DNA of 64,000 bases from an uncultured Clostridia bacterium (GCA_947629745.1 CANREZ010000001.1:125181-189180); one strand, 5' to 3'. Counted from the first letter of the stretch, positions 11,823-21,197 are shown. Program-made: numbers and translations. Notes: a model not told the origin generated them from the sequence alone.

Positions 11823-12854
11823 CTACTTCTTTATTTTATTTGTTGATTGTTTTACTTTTTTATTATTTATCTTTTTACTATTCTGTATAGATTTTTTGTT
11901 TGAGGATTTTGTAGTTTTAGTATTGGTTAATTTTTTAGTCTTGGATTCGCTAGGCTTAGATTGATTATTAGGCTCAGACTGCGCTGTATCCTTTATAGAT
12001 TCTGATTCATTATCGCTAGATGGATGAGTAGTTGCTGATTCGACAGTTGTATTTTTAGTACTTTCTACTTCATCGACCGTGTTCACAGTATCTTTTGATT
12101 TATCACTCGTTTTATCTTTCTTGCGCTTAAATATGGAGGTTATTTTCTCGCCTAGGCGTACTGCAAAATTTTCTATCTGCGCCTGATATCTCACGGATAG
12201 CACGAATAGGATTATCATGAGGCCAAATAGCACAATCCACACCGGTATTCCCCACCCGTGATAAGGAATAATTGTGCCACTAGTCACATAGCACATAACA
12301 AAGGTATTTATCGAGCGAGAAATAATATTGGTGAAGATAAAAAATTTCCACGTCATGGATGTGAGACCGGCTACCATACAGAGTATGTCATCAGGGAATG
12401 CCGGGAATAACATCATTAGGAAGAACACATATTTTCCGCGAGATAGAGTCTTTTGCCACTTCTTGCATGTTTCTTCCCCCACCATCCAGTTTACAATCTT
12501 CGTGCCAACCACGCGCCCTAGATAAAAGGCAAATATACTGCCAAGCAGGGTAGAGGCAAGGCTGATGAGGAAAGTCTCCAGTGGTCCAAATATTAATACT
12601 CCCGCAATGGTCGTGACCATGGCAGGTATAGGGATGAATGTCACTTGCAGGAATTGTATTAAGAAGAATATTGCTCTGCTCCACACGCCTCCGCCGCTAT
12701 TTATTATGCGGTCGATTTCCTCAGGCTCGTCAAAATATTGGTACCAACCGGTCAGATACATAAGGAGTGTAATTCCTACAAGTAGTGCCACAATGATACC
12801 AATAGTGATACTGGTGCGGATAATTTTCTTGCGTTTATCCAATTTCTTTGCCAT
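11823..12854 (-). CDS. TVP38/TMEM64 (DedA/SNARE-associated) family membrane protein with a long Lys/Ser/Thr-rich C-terminal tail
   Basis: 343 aa. The core matches the SNARE_assoc pattern (FLIQFLQVTFIPIPAMVTTIAGVLIFGP). The last roughly 100 aa are low-complexity and K-rich. Confidence 0.8.
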   Translation of the reverse strand: MAKKLDKRKKIIRTSITIGIIVALLVGITLLMYLTGWYQYFDEPEEIDRIINSGGGVWSRAIFFLIQFLQVTFIPIPAMVTTIAGVLIFGPLETFLISLASTLLGSIFAFYLGRVVGTKIVNWMVGEETCKKWQKTLSRGKYVFFLMMLFPAFPDDILCMVAGLTSMTWKFFIFTNIISRSINTFVMCYVTSGTIIPYHGWGIPVWIVLFGLMIILFVLSVRYQAQIENFAVRLGEKITSIFKRKKDKTSDKSKDTVNTVDEVESTKNTTVESATTHPSSDNESESIKDTAQSEPNNQSKPSESKTKKLTNTKTTKSSNKKSIQNSKKINNKKVKQSTNKIKK

Positions 12855-12860
12855 ACATAT

Positions 12861-12889
12861 ATTTTACGCTTATTTTTAGATAATATCTA
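12861..12889 (-). promoter_or_regulatory. Sigma-A-like promoter positioned for a leaderless transcript of the TVP38 gene
   Basis: On the minus strand: TAGATA-17 nt-TAAAAT-atatgt-ATG. No SD. Confidence 0.5.
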
Positions 12890-13032
12890 TTAAATATGGT
12901 TATATTTTGTATATTCCATATATTTTGTAAATGTCTAGAAAAATTTTAAAATAACATAAATTTAGCGTACAATTTCATTTTTAGTTGTGGAAAATTCAAA
13001 ATAAATATATACTTGATTATAGGTAAATATTT

Positions 13033-13623
13033 ATGGATATGAAAGAAAACAAAATTTTAAATGCACTGCATGACGCAGAGTCAAAGGTAAATCCTTTTGT
13101 CATCATCTGCTTTTTAATGGGAGTGGTAGTCATTGTGATGTTCTTCTTCCCACTATTCAATTATACTAATCCGGATGAAGAGATAGGGTATTCCTACAAT
13201 TACAGCACATTTGACGTCCTACAAGGGGTGATCCAAGGGGATAAATATGCGGATATCAACGCATATGACTATGAGAAGAAGCGAGCACTAGTCGATTGGA
13301 TCAATGACGAACACAGCAATCCATATATTATTGCAAGTGTTGCATCGGGCACTATTGGCACAGGTCTTATGGTCCTCGCGTTCGCTAGCTTATTTTTTGG
13401 CGGGCCGTGGTTAGAACTAATTTTGTCCGCTCTTGGTGCGGTGTCATTCTCATGTTGCTTTGTTTTCAACAATTATTTAATAGAGGAACTAAAACACATT
13501 CCGGCATACACCACCATGGCTTTTTCGTCTGGCTGGGCGCTATATGTGTGCCTGTTTGTGACGGCTATGTTCTTTAGTTTGAACGTAGTGAGACGCCATG
13601 TGGCAAGGAAGAGAGGAGAGTAA
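13033..13623 (+). CDS. Hypothetical multi-pass membrane protein
   Basis: 196-aa ORF with several hydrophobic helices and an AGGTAA RBS. Confidence 0.55.
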   Translation: MDMKENKILNALHDAESKVNPFVIICFLMGVVVIVMFFFPLFNYTNPDEEIGYSYNYSTFDVLQGVIQGDKYADINAYDYEKKRALVDWINDEHSNPYIIASVASGTIGTGLMVLAFASLFFGGPWLELILSALGAVSFSCCFVFNNYLIEELKHIPAYTTMAFSSGWALYVCLFVTAMFFSLNVVRRHVARKRGE

Positions 13624-13629
13624 TATTTC

Positions 13630-14514
13630 GTGGAGTGCAATGGTTGTCCTAGGCACTGCAAAGTAGACCGGGCAAAACATCGTGGATATTGTGGAGCGAG
13701 TGAGGATATCACTCTTGCGCGTGTGTCCGTGCATATGGGGGAAGAACCACCTATCAGCGGTACGGCAGGTAGTGGGACTATATTCTTTAGCGGTTGCAAT
13801 CTAAAATGCGTGTTTTGCCAAAATTCCGACGTTTCCCGCAATGTAGTAGGAGAGACTATCTCGGTGGATAGACTAGTCGAGATATTCCACGAATTAGAGG
13901 AAAAAGGTGTGCACAATATAAACCTTGTGACCCCTAGCCATTATGTGTCAAAAATCAGGGATGCTCTTAAAATTTACAAGCCAAGTATCCCTATCGTGTA
14001 CAACACCAGTGGCTACGATAGCCTTGAGGCTATAGATAGTCTAGCTGGCCTTGTGGATATATATCTAACTGATCTAAAGTATTGCGATAGTACTCTATCT
14101 AATAAATACAGCAGTGCTGGGGATTACTTTGATGTAGCGACGGCTGCAATCAAGGCTATGTACAGGCAGGTTGGACCACTCGTGTTGGATAGCACGGGCA
14201 TTGCAAAGCGCGGGCTTATTATCCGCCACCTAATACTTCCCGGTTGCACTGACGATAGCAAGAGAGTGCTCGATTGGATAGCACGCAATACACCTGATGC
14301 TACAGTGAGCCTGATGAGCCAATATACACCTATGTATAGGGCAAAGGAATTCCCTGAGATCAACCGCACTATTACAAAACTTGAGTACAAAGTAGTGCTA
14401 AATTATTTGAACAAACTAGGTCTTGACGGATATATGCAAGATATGTCAAGTGTGGGGGAGAGCACTATTCCCGACTTTAACCTAGAAGGAGTGAAAAAAT
14501 GTATTACGAAATAA
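13630..14514 (+). CDS. Radical SAM protein, PflX-like (pyruvate formate-lyase activase homologue family)
   Basis: 294 aa with a CNLKCVFCQN CxxxCxxC cluster motif and an N-terminal CxxC..C region. GTG start. Confidence 0.8.
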   Translation: MECNGCPRHCKVDRAKHRGYCGASEDITLARVSVHMGEEPPISGTAGSGTIFFSGCNLKCVFCQNSDVSRNVVGETISVDRLVEIFHELEEKGVHNINLVTPSHYVSKIRDALKIYKPSIPIVYNTSGYDSLEAIDSLAGLVDIYLTDLKYCDSTLSNKYSSAGDYFDVATAAIKAMYRQVGPLVLDSTGIAKRGLIIRHLILPGCTDDSKRVLDWIARNTPDATVSLMSQYTPMYRAKEFPEINRTITKLEYKVVLNYLNKLGLDGYMQDMSSVGESTIPDFNLEGVKKCITK

Positions 14515-15752
14515 ACGTGTCAGATGAGCTATATGCTTTGGCTCGAGAATTTAGCAAAGCAGGTAGCACCCTGTATATCGTGGGTGGATACGTGCGAGAT
14601 AGCGTACTCGGGCTAAAAAATACCGATATAGATATCTGCGCGGACCTAAAATATGACGCCGCTATTGATCTTGCGAAGAAACTAGGCTATGAGGCAAAAA
14701 TAGTCAACGAGAAACTCGGCACTATTAGCATCAAGACCAAGCACGATGCATATGAGTACGTTACATTTAGGAAAGATAATTATAGCAAAGGCGGAGCGCA
14801 TAGTCCAGATAGTGTATCCTATGTGAAGGATATCCGTGTGGACGCTGCAAGGCGTGACCTTGCCGTAAACGCTATGTACTATGACATACTCTCTCACGAA
14901 TTACTAGATTTTTATAACGGCCTTGCAGATTTGAAGCGTGGAGTGATTCACTCAGTCACCCCAGCAAGTGAGGTATTCGCTAGTGATGGGCTAAGGATTT
15001 TGAGGCTGATTAGATTCTCGCAGGCACTAGGGTACAAGATAGATGCAGAGACTGCTGCAGTGGCAAAAAGTTTTGTGTCAAACTTAGCAGATATATCCAA
15101 AGATAGGATAATAGGTGAATTGCGTGCCATTGTAGAGCAAGCAGATAGATACAGCGTGCCAAGTGCCATAAAACGCTCTATCAAACTTATCAACGCTTGG
15201 CATATTATGGACCAAATTATCACCATTGGTGGCAGGAAGATAGATTATCACGGGATAGACAAAGTGGAGCGCGGCAATAGATTTGCCATGTTACTTTATA
15301 GGATATTCGAGCCATATGTATCTAGATGCAATAATTGTGAGGAATATTACCTCCACAATGTGTTAGGCAGGGGAGGACTCGGCGTCAGCAATAATCTTCT
15401 TGATATTGTGTCACACTTAGTTTCTATCACCCACACTGAGCCAAATCATTGGAGTGCTTATCAATTTAAGGCACTAAATACTGCTGAGCGTGACCTGTTG
15501 CGCGTGATAGATAGCGGTCTTTATAGCAAATATTATGACCTAACCCGTGATATGGAGAGTAATCACATGCCATTCACTCGCCATGACCTAAAGATTGACG
15601 CGAAATACGTTTCCTCTACGATTAAGAATCCTCGCGACACAGGTTACTACCTAGATAGGTTGATGTATGAAGTGTTGGAGAAGAACCTCCCGAATGACAA
15701 GAAACATTTAGAGTCCATGCTCCAGACCATACTCCTATCCGAGAATGTATAA
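14499..15752 (+). CDS. cca: CCA-adding tRNA nucleotidyltransferase / poly(A) polymerase family protein
   Basis: 417 aa. Head-domain motifs YIVGGYVRDSVLG and DIDI. Overlaps the upstream gene by 16 nt. GAAGGAG RBS. Confidence 0.8.
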   Translation: MYYEINVSDELYALAREFSKAGSTLYIVGGYVRDSVLGLKNTDIDICADLKYDAAIDLAKKLGYEAKIVNEKLGTISIKTKHDAYEYVTFRKDNYSKGGAHSPDSVSYVKDIRVDAARRDLAVNAMYYDILSHELLDFYNGLADLKRGVIHSVTPASEVFASDGLRILRLIRFSQALGYKIDAETAAVAKSFVSNLADISKDRIIGELRAIVEQADRYSVPSAIKRSIKLINAWHIMDQIITIGGRKIDYHGIDKVERGNRFAMLLYRIFEPYVSRCNNCEEYYLHNVLGRGGLGVSNNLLDIVSHLVSITHTEPNHWSAYQFKALNTAERDLLRVIDSGLYSKYYDLTRDMESNHMPFTRHDLKIDAKYVSSTIKNPRDTGYYLDRLMYEVLEKNLPNDKKHLESMLQTILLSENV

Positions 15753-15760
15753 ATATATTA

Positions 15761-15787
15761 GAGACTCTCATAGCAGAGTCTTTTTTA
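15761..15787 (+). terminator. Rho-independent terminator after cca
   Basis: AGACTCT/AGAGTCT stem followed by TTTTTT. Confidence 0.75.
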
Positions 15788-15855
15788 TCCGCAAATTGGG
15801 CTAAAATTATTAAGAGGGTATGAAGTTGGTGCAAGAGAGATAAAATTTGTTCAAT

Positions 15856-16248
15856 GTGGCACGCCACTGTGCTTGGGTGATAATGAAGTGAACGGATATT
15901 ATTTTTTAAGAGAGAATGATGTTGGAATGTGAGATTGGTAGTAAGCACGCTCAATCCCCTCAGTTGGCAAAAGCCAACAGCTCCCCCTACTACGGGGCGC
16001 CTAAAAGCGGATAAAACCATATAAGGCTCCCTTTTAGTAAGGGGAGCTGGCGGAAACTTCCGCCTGAGGGGATTGAGGCGACTTACGGGCCTACTTGGTT
16101 CGCGCTCATGACTCACTTGTATAATTTCATATTTATAGATTAAAAATTAAATTAAAATGAAGATGTAGTGTTAACAATTTACATAAAGATATAGACACAG
16201 TATTAACACAAGAATAATTTATTATAATCAACGAGAGTGGCGTGCCAC
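15856..16248. repeat. GC-rich hairpin-mosaic element, compact copy (element 1), bounded by inverted GTGGCACGCCAC / GTGGCGTGCCAC termini
   Basis: The left 95 nt are homologous to 26493-26585. A 128-bp imperfect palindrome at 15950-16077 is built from two inverted copies of the 52-nt motif. It lies between convergent genes. Confidence 0.8.
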
Positions 16249-16292
16249 ACTGAGGGGACTAACGCGTGCACTTGTTCCCGCCTATGTAACAA

Positions 16293-17150
16293 CTACATTC
16301 CTTCAAAATTTATTAAATACTCCAGTAGATCGATTGGGAGAGACTTGTTTTTGGCGGAGATGGAGGAGCGTAAATGTAATGGAAGAGGAGTGTCAAATTC
16401 CTCTGGACCCACCTCTATGGTGAATGCTGGGGTATGGTAGTGCTCGCTGATAAAATCCGAGTACCCACCTGTGCTATGCTCGGTCTTGATAGGAGTGTAG
16501 CCACAAATACTGGATAAATATTCGGCAATAGTCTTGTCACGGGATATTTCGTTATCCGTTAGCGCCTCAAAGCCGTAGTATATCACCTCACCTTTTGCGT
16601 GGTAGGATAGGGTTGCGATAGGCTTGACTTTTTCGGTGAAAGCGATTAGCACCCGTGTTTCTTTCTCGCTATTTGGATAGTACCCCACGAAGTTTGCGGG
16701 TGCGGGGCAGAAGACATTTTGTGCTCCACCTGCCCAGTGTGCGTCAAAATTCACATTTAGGTCTACGCCTAGGCCATTTGCCTTCCACCGACTAAAATCA
16801 AGTGCGTTATTATTTAGTATAGATAGATACTCTCTAGATACTGTGCAGGGGACACTAACAAGGCCGTCTAAAACTAATGCGACGCCATCGGGATTTGCAA
16901 AAGGGATGAAATATATCCCACCAGTCTCTACTCCGTGATTTACTGCATACACTATTTGGTCTATCACGCACAGTCCTGCCATATATTCTCGTGCGTGGAT
17001 GGAGCCCTCCACTATTATCTGTGGTCCTGAGTATGAGCCAACATGCAGGGCATAAATATTCCTGCCAAAAGTCGTTGTGCCGATGATCTCATAGTCTATT
17101 CCTTGGTCAATGAGGGCAGTTATCTCAAGGATGATATCTTCAAAATCCAT
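16293..17150 (-). CDS. M14-family zinc carboxypeptidase (gamma-D-glutamyl-diamino-acid peptidase-like)
   Basis: 285 aa with the HxxE zinc motif GSIHAREYMAG and a later H in the SYHAKGE context. Confidence 0.75.
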   Translation of the reverse strand: MDFEDIILEITALIDQGIDYEIIGTTTFGRNIYALHVGSYSGPQIIVEGSIHAREYMAGLCVIDQIVYAVNHGVETGGIYFIPFANPDGVALVLDGLVSVPCTVSREYLSILNNNALDFSRWKANGLGVDLNVNFDAHWAGGAQNVFCPAPANFVGYYPNSEKETRVLIAFTEKVKPIATLSYHAKGEVIYYGFEALTDNEISRDKTIAEYLSSICGYTPIKTEHSTGGYSDFISEHYHTPAFTIEVGPEEFDTPLPLHLRSSISAKNKSLPIDLLEYLINFEGM

Positions 17151-17306
17151 ATGTAAATGTTATATGCACGAAAAATACTACTTGTGTGCATATATTACAA
17201 TTAAAAAATTTTGAGAATATTGTAGTATTATGATATACTATTTTAAACACAAAATATGTGGCAAGGAGATATCCCATGTGCCACATTTACTCATTAGGAG
17301 AAACAG

Positions 17307-18116
17307 ATGACAAAGAATGAAGTCCTGACTCAAGAGGAAGAGCCTGCAAGCAAAAAGGTTTTTGCTAAAGGCATATGTTTTTTCAAACTCTTTTGGGTCT
17401 TTGTAATAGGTTGTCTTATTGGCACATACTATGAGCAATTCCTTAACTTGTTCCTGACAGGTTCGTGGGATAGCCGTGCAGGAGTTGTGTGGGGACCATT
17501 CAACCCAGTGTATGGATTTGGCATGGTGCTGATAGTCGCAGTATTGCACAATCAGAGGGATTGGAAGAGACTATTGGTATACGGCGCAGTGCTAGGTGGG
17601 GGACTAGAGTATATACTTAGTTTTCTGCAAGATTTCTTCCTAGATACTAGTTCGTGGGATTACCACGGCAAGTTCCTAAATATTAATGGCAGGACTACAG
17701 TGCCTTTCGCATTATTTTGGGGATTACTATGTATCCTCGTTGTGAAATTCGTTTATCCATTTATGTCAAAGTGGATTGAGAAGATCCCGTACAAATTTGG
17801 CACGATCATATCCATAATATTTGCTATATTTATGGGAGTAGACCTGCTACTCACAGGGGCTGCATTACTTAGGCAGGCTGTGAGGAAAAATGGTGATGCG
17901 CCACTAACATTCGTGGGTCAATGGCTAGACAATACATTTGACGACGAGTATTTATCCAAGATTTTCCCGAATATGATAGATAGACCATCTGATGACAAAA
18001 AGGAAGAAACGAATGGGGAGGGTGATATATCCTACCAATTTATAGTCTCATCGGATGGCAAAAGTGATCTAAATAGTATAGAGTATGACACGGCAACTGC
18101 CGTGTTTTTTACATAA
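17307..18116 (+). CDS. Membrane protein of the putative ABC-transporter type IV (CmpB-like, PF06541-type) family
   Basis: 269 aa with the characteristic WGPFNPVYGFG segment and multiple TM helices. AGGAGA RBS. Confidence 0.65.
   Translation: MTKNEVLTQEEEPASKKVFAKGICFFKLFWVFVIGCLIGTYYEQFLNLFLTGSWDSRAGVVWGPFNPVYGFGMVLIVAVLHNQRDWKRLLVYGAVLGGGLEYILSFLQDFFLDTSSWDYHGKFLNINGRTTVPFALFWGLLCILVVKFVYPFMSKWIEKIPYKFGTIISIIFAIFMGVDLLLTGAALLRQAVRKNGDAPLTFVGQWLDNTFDDEYLSKIFPNMIDRPSDDKKEETNGEGDISYQFIVSSDGKSDLNSIEYDTATAVFFT
18088..18110 (+). terminator. Rho-independent terminator overlapping the last codons of the preceding gene
   Basis: ACACGGC/GCCGTGT stem followed by TTTTTT. Confidence 0.7.
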
Positions 18117-18180
18117 TAGGCACTAAAAACTTTGTAATTCCAGCGAAAATTGATATACTACTAACAAGGATGAATAGATT

Positions 18181-18828
18181 ATGATTATCAAAAAGATATT
18201 TTTGAGCATTTATATAGCGCTATGCTTTGCCATCACATTTGCGTGGTATGGATTTTTCCTATTCGGGATATTCGCATTTGAGCCACTTGCTAGTAACATT
18301 GCAAATATCGCAGCGGATATCATGACGGGAAATGGCGTGCTAGTCACAGCAGCGGATATACTGAATAATTGCAAGACCGCACTGCTTGCATTACTGACAT
18401 TAAGCCTAGTGCTCGCCGTGGTCAAGACTTATATATCTTGCTATACTATCAAATACGCTAAGTACGATTATATAGACCTGTATCGTGATAGGTACAAATT
18501 CCTAGGACTAGTCGCTGCACATTTCTTCACAGGAACGATCGTGTTGGATACCGTACTTGCACTGCTATCCTTGCTATTATTCAATAGGAAAATTGCTGAG
18601 AAGGCAAAGGACCTTAGCAAAGTGGTGGAAGACGTGAAGAGTGACACATACAGTGGTGGAAAAGTCGATGCAGGAAAATTCACTGTGAATATTAAGACTG
18701 CAGATGATTACACTTACACTGCTAGCGAGAGTATGGATCTTAGCCGTGCAAGGCAACTATATGAGAATGGACTGCTCACCAAGAGACAGTTTAAGAAAAT
18801 TGAGAAGGATCTAAATAAGAAAAAATGA
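18181..18828 (+). CDS. Multi-pass membrane protein with SHOCT-like C-terminal helix
   Basis: 215 aa. The C-terminus (ARQLYENGLLTKRQFKKIEKDL) resembles the SHOCT motif. First of three overlapping genes. Confidence 0.6.
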   Translation: MIIKKIFLSIYIALCFAITFAWYGFFLFGIFAFEPLASNIANIAADIMTGNGVLVTAADILNNCKTALLALLTLSLVLAVVKTYISCYTIKYAKYDYIDLYRDRYKFLGLVAAHFFTGTIVLDTVLALLSLLLFNRKIAEKAKDLSKVVEDVKSDTYSGGKVDAGKFTVNIKTADDYTYTASESMDLSRARQLYENGLLTKRQFKKIEKDLNKKK

Positions 18829-19370
18829 GAGGAAAGAAGACAAGATATTTTGGCATTTGCATAGCAGTTATTGCCATTATGCTTGGACTCATGCTGGCCT
18901 GTGGAGGGTGTCTAATATATGTATATTTCGCGCGTCGAGATATACTAGAGACAATTCTTGCTAGATATTACGCGATGATGGGCATAGAATTCACCGGCAT
19001 AGATATGACAAGTATGTGGATGGAGATAATTATCTATGGTCTAGATATAGCAATTCTTATCTACTATCTAGTAAAATGTGCTAAGTTTATGAAGATGACG
19101 CAAGAGGAATTCATGAAGAAGAATTCCAAGCAGATTCTAGATGTGCTACTGTTATTTATAACTGGTGTGATCCCTGCGATAGTCTACCTAATTGTATGCG
19201 AAGCAAACAAAACCGATTCTCGAGAACAGGAAAAAGTGTATTTGCCAAATGGCGTGAATCCGGATATAACGAATATAATTCGCACGCTGCAGGAGTATCG
19301 CGACTCGGGTAGAATCACGCAAGAGACTTATGAGAAGATGCTACTAGATATCTTTACGGAGCACAAATGA
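18825..19370 (+). CDS. Membrane protein with SHOCT-like C-terminal helix
   Basis: 181 aa. The C-terminus reads LQEYRDSGRITQETYEKMLLDIF. ATGA overlap with the upstream gene. Confidence 0.6.
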   Translation: MRGKKTRYFGICIAVIAIMLGLMLACGGCLIYVYFARRDILETILARYYAMMGIEFTGIDMTSMWMEIIIYGLDIAILIYYLVKCAKFMKMTQEEFMKKNSKQILDVLLLFITGVIPAIVYLIVCEANKTDSREQEKVYLPNGVNPDITNIIRTLQEYRDSGRITQETYEKMLLDIFTEHK

Positions 19371-19642
19371 GAAAGAGTTTGATAGGATTTAGCGCACTAC
19401 AATTTTTGTTTGCTGCACTATACTGCATCACAATTGTCGGATTGCTTGTAGGAATTCCCATGATAATCTTTGGGATACAAATGTTAAGGGCGGCACGTGA
19501 CAAAGAGTATTTTAGTGAGTTTAGGTCAGAGTACACAAATATTGCGATTTTTAATCTAATATTCACGATTGTTTTAGGTATTTTGATGTTTTTAATGTAT
19601 AATAAGATATACGAGAAGAATTTTGGAGGCGAAAATGGATAA
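19367..19642 (+). CDS. Small membrane protein
   Basis: 91 aa with 2-3 hydrophobic helices. ATGA overlap with the upstream gene. Confidence 0.55.
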   Translation: MRKSLIGFSALQFLFAALYCITIVGLLVGIPMIIFGIQMLRAARDKEYFSEFRSEYTNIAIFNLIFTIVLGILMFLMYNKIYEKNFGGENG

Positions 19643-20240
19643 TTGGAATTGGCTAAAATATGACCACGATATCATGATGGAGCCAGACAGCAATTGCGCA
19701 TATCTTGCAGAGCGTTGGTCTGGACTTGGTGGGAATAAGCTACTAGAACTAGGCTCGGGTATGGGTCAAAATTCGTTGTACTTCGCTTGCAGTGGATATG
19801 ATGTCACCGCAGTGGACTATGACAGTTATGCTATAAAGCATCTGGAGAAAATGTGCGAGAGACAAGGCGTGAAGGTAAACACAATTTGTGATGACTTCTT
19901 CAAAGCTCCACTAAAGGATGGTGGATATGACTGCGTATTCATCCGCAACGTCGTTTCACACCAAAAACTAAGTGAGTTTAAGAAATTGATTCAACTAATC
20001 TACGATTGTTTGCGCGTTGGAGGCGAAGCATATATCACTGTGCCAAGCGTGGGCCATGCAGGTAGTGAGAGGAACCCAAAAGCTGACCTCGTGCTAACTG
20101 TGGAAGATGTGAAGAAATATTTCAAGAAATTTCAATTCGTGCACAACATTGACGAAGTGATCTCTCATGACGCAGGTTGTGACAATTGTGAGGAGTGCGA
20201 GATTAGTTACTTCACACTACTACTTAGGAAGATGAAATAA
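19635..20240 (+). CDS. Class I SAM-dependent methyltransferase
   Basis: LELGSGMGQNSLYFA glycine-rich SAM motif and an acidic DYD after beta-2. Start moved to ATG 19635 (GGAGG RBS), overlapping the upstream gene by 8 nt. Confidence 0.75.
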   Translation: MDNWNWLKYDHDIMMEPDSNCAYLAERWSGLGGNKLLELGSGMGQNSLYFACSGYDVTAVDYDSYAIKHLEKMCERQGVKVNTICDDFFKAPLKDGGYDCVFIRNVVSHQKLSEFKKLIQLIYDCLRVGGEAYITVPSVGHAGSERNPKADLVLTVEDVKKYFKKFQFVHNIDEVISHDAGCDNCEECEISYFTLLLRKMK

Positions 20241-20247
20241 ATATAGG

Positions 20248-20276
20248 AGTGTTACAGCGGATGTAACACTTTTTTT
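20248..20276 (+). terminator. Rho-independent terminator
   Basis: AGTGTTACA/TGTAACACT stem followed by TTTTTT. Confidence 0.8.
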
Positions 20277-20322
20277 GTTGCAAAGTAGTTGTATTTATTT
20301 ATTATTTAGAGGAAATGCCATA

Positions 20323-20351
20323 TTGACAAAACGTGATGCCTCTTATATAAT
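20323..20351 (+). promoter_or_regulatory. Consensus sigma-A promoter
   Basis: TTGACA-17 nt-TATAAT, 24 nt upstream of ATG 20375. Confidence 0.7.
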
Positions 20352-20374
20352 AAATATGTACTGTGGAGGGGAAT

Positions 20375-21028
20375 ATGGCTAAGAAGAAGCTAAATGACCA
20401 GACAATGTATGACATATGGCTAGACAGTGTTAAGAAGAAATTAGACGACTGCAAGAATAGATATATGCCATGTGCCAGAGGATTTTTAGATAACAAGACA
20501 GGCAAACGCATTCACCTAGAATTCCAGGGAGAAGATTTTGTCAACGATTTGGGTTACGCATTTGTGAAGCTCGGACCTAACGAGTACACCTTCTATAACG
20601 CAATGAATGACAGAGTGTTTACTGCTACTTTTGGATATCGCGACAAAGTGAGGAATATATTTGATGCACTTCGCAAGAATCCAGAGGATTTTAGGAGATT
20701 ATCGATAGAATCAATCATAGTGATGAATTACAAGGAGAGGAATGAGTTGCTCGATGCTGTGGGAACTGGTATAGACAATGAACTAAGGACTCTCCAGGCA
20801 GATAACAATTCTAAGACAAAAGATTTTAGGAAACTCTATGAACTACAAAAATACGTATCCGACACACTATACAAGGTAGATATGATGAAGGCTGCACATT
20901 CTAGTGCTGCCGTGGCTCAATCAAAGTACACACTTTGGATTAGACAAGGTACTTTACGTATGGAGACCAATCTTCATCAAGACCCATTGGACGATCGATA
21001 TGACCGTGCAGACAAGAGAATAAACTAG
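20375..21028 (+). CDS. Hypothetical protein, distant paralogue of 21198-22037
   Basis: Start set at ATG 20375 (GGAGGGG RBS). Shared segments are GYAFVKLGPNEYTFYNAMNDRVF and LRKNPEDFRRLS. Confidence 0.6.
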   Translation: MAKKKLNDQTMYDIWLDSVKKKLDDCKNRYMPCARGFLDNKTGKRIHLEFQGEDFVNDLGYAFVKLGPNEYTFYNAMNDRVFTATFGYRDKVRNIFDALRKNPEDFRRLSIESIIVMNYKERNELLDAVGTGIDNELRTLQADNNSKTKDFRKLYELQKYVSDTLYKVDMMKAAHSSAAVAQSKYTLWIRQGTLRMETNLHQDPLDDRYDRADKRIN

Positions 21029-21051
21029 GTTAGTGAGAGATATTTGGATAA

Positions 21052-21081
21052 ATACACATGGTGACCCATGTGTATTTTTTT
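21052..21081 (+). terminator. Rho-independent terminator
   Basis: ATACACATGG/CCATGTGTAT stem followed by a T-run. Confidence 0.8.
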
Positions 21082-21139
21082 GTGCAAAATGACCAAATGT
21101 TGACAATGCTAATATAGCTCGTGACAATAATGGCTATAT

Positions 21140-21168
21140 TTGACAAAATGGCCCAATTGGTGTATAAT
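21140..21168 (+). promoter_or_regulatory. Consensus sigma-A promoter
   Basis: TTGACA-17 nt-TATAAT, with TG immediately upstream of the -10. Confidence 0.7.
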
Positions 21169-21197
21169 ATTTATGTAAATAAAATGGAGGTGTTATT

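Noticed and set aside
15622-16116. 164-aa minus-strand ORF across repeat element 1, with similar ORFs at 26587-27093, 26696-26941, 27029-27217 and 34461-34682 across elements 2 and 3
   Set aside because: They lie entirely on hairpin-repeat DNA or overlap tRNA genes. They have aberrant R/F/L/S/P-rich composition and no RBS. The reading frames are not conserved between element copies although the DNA is. They are by-products of the GC-rich repeats.
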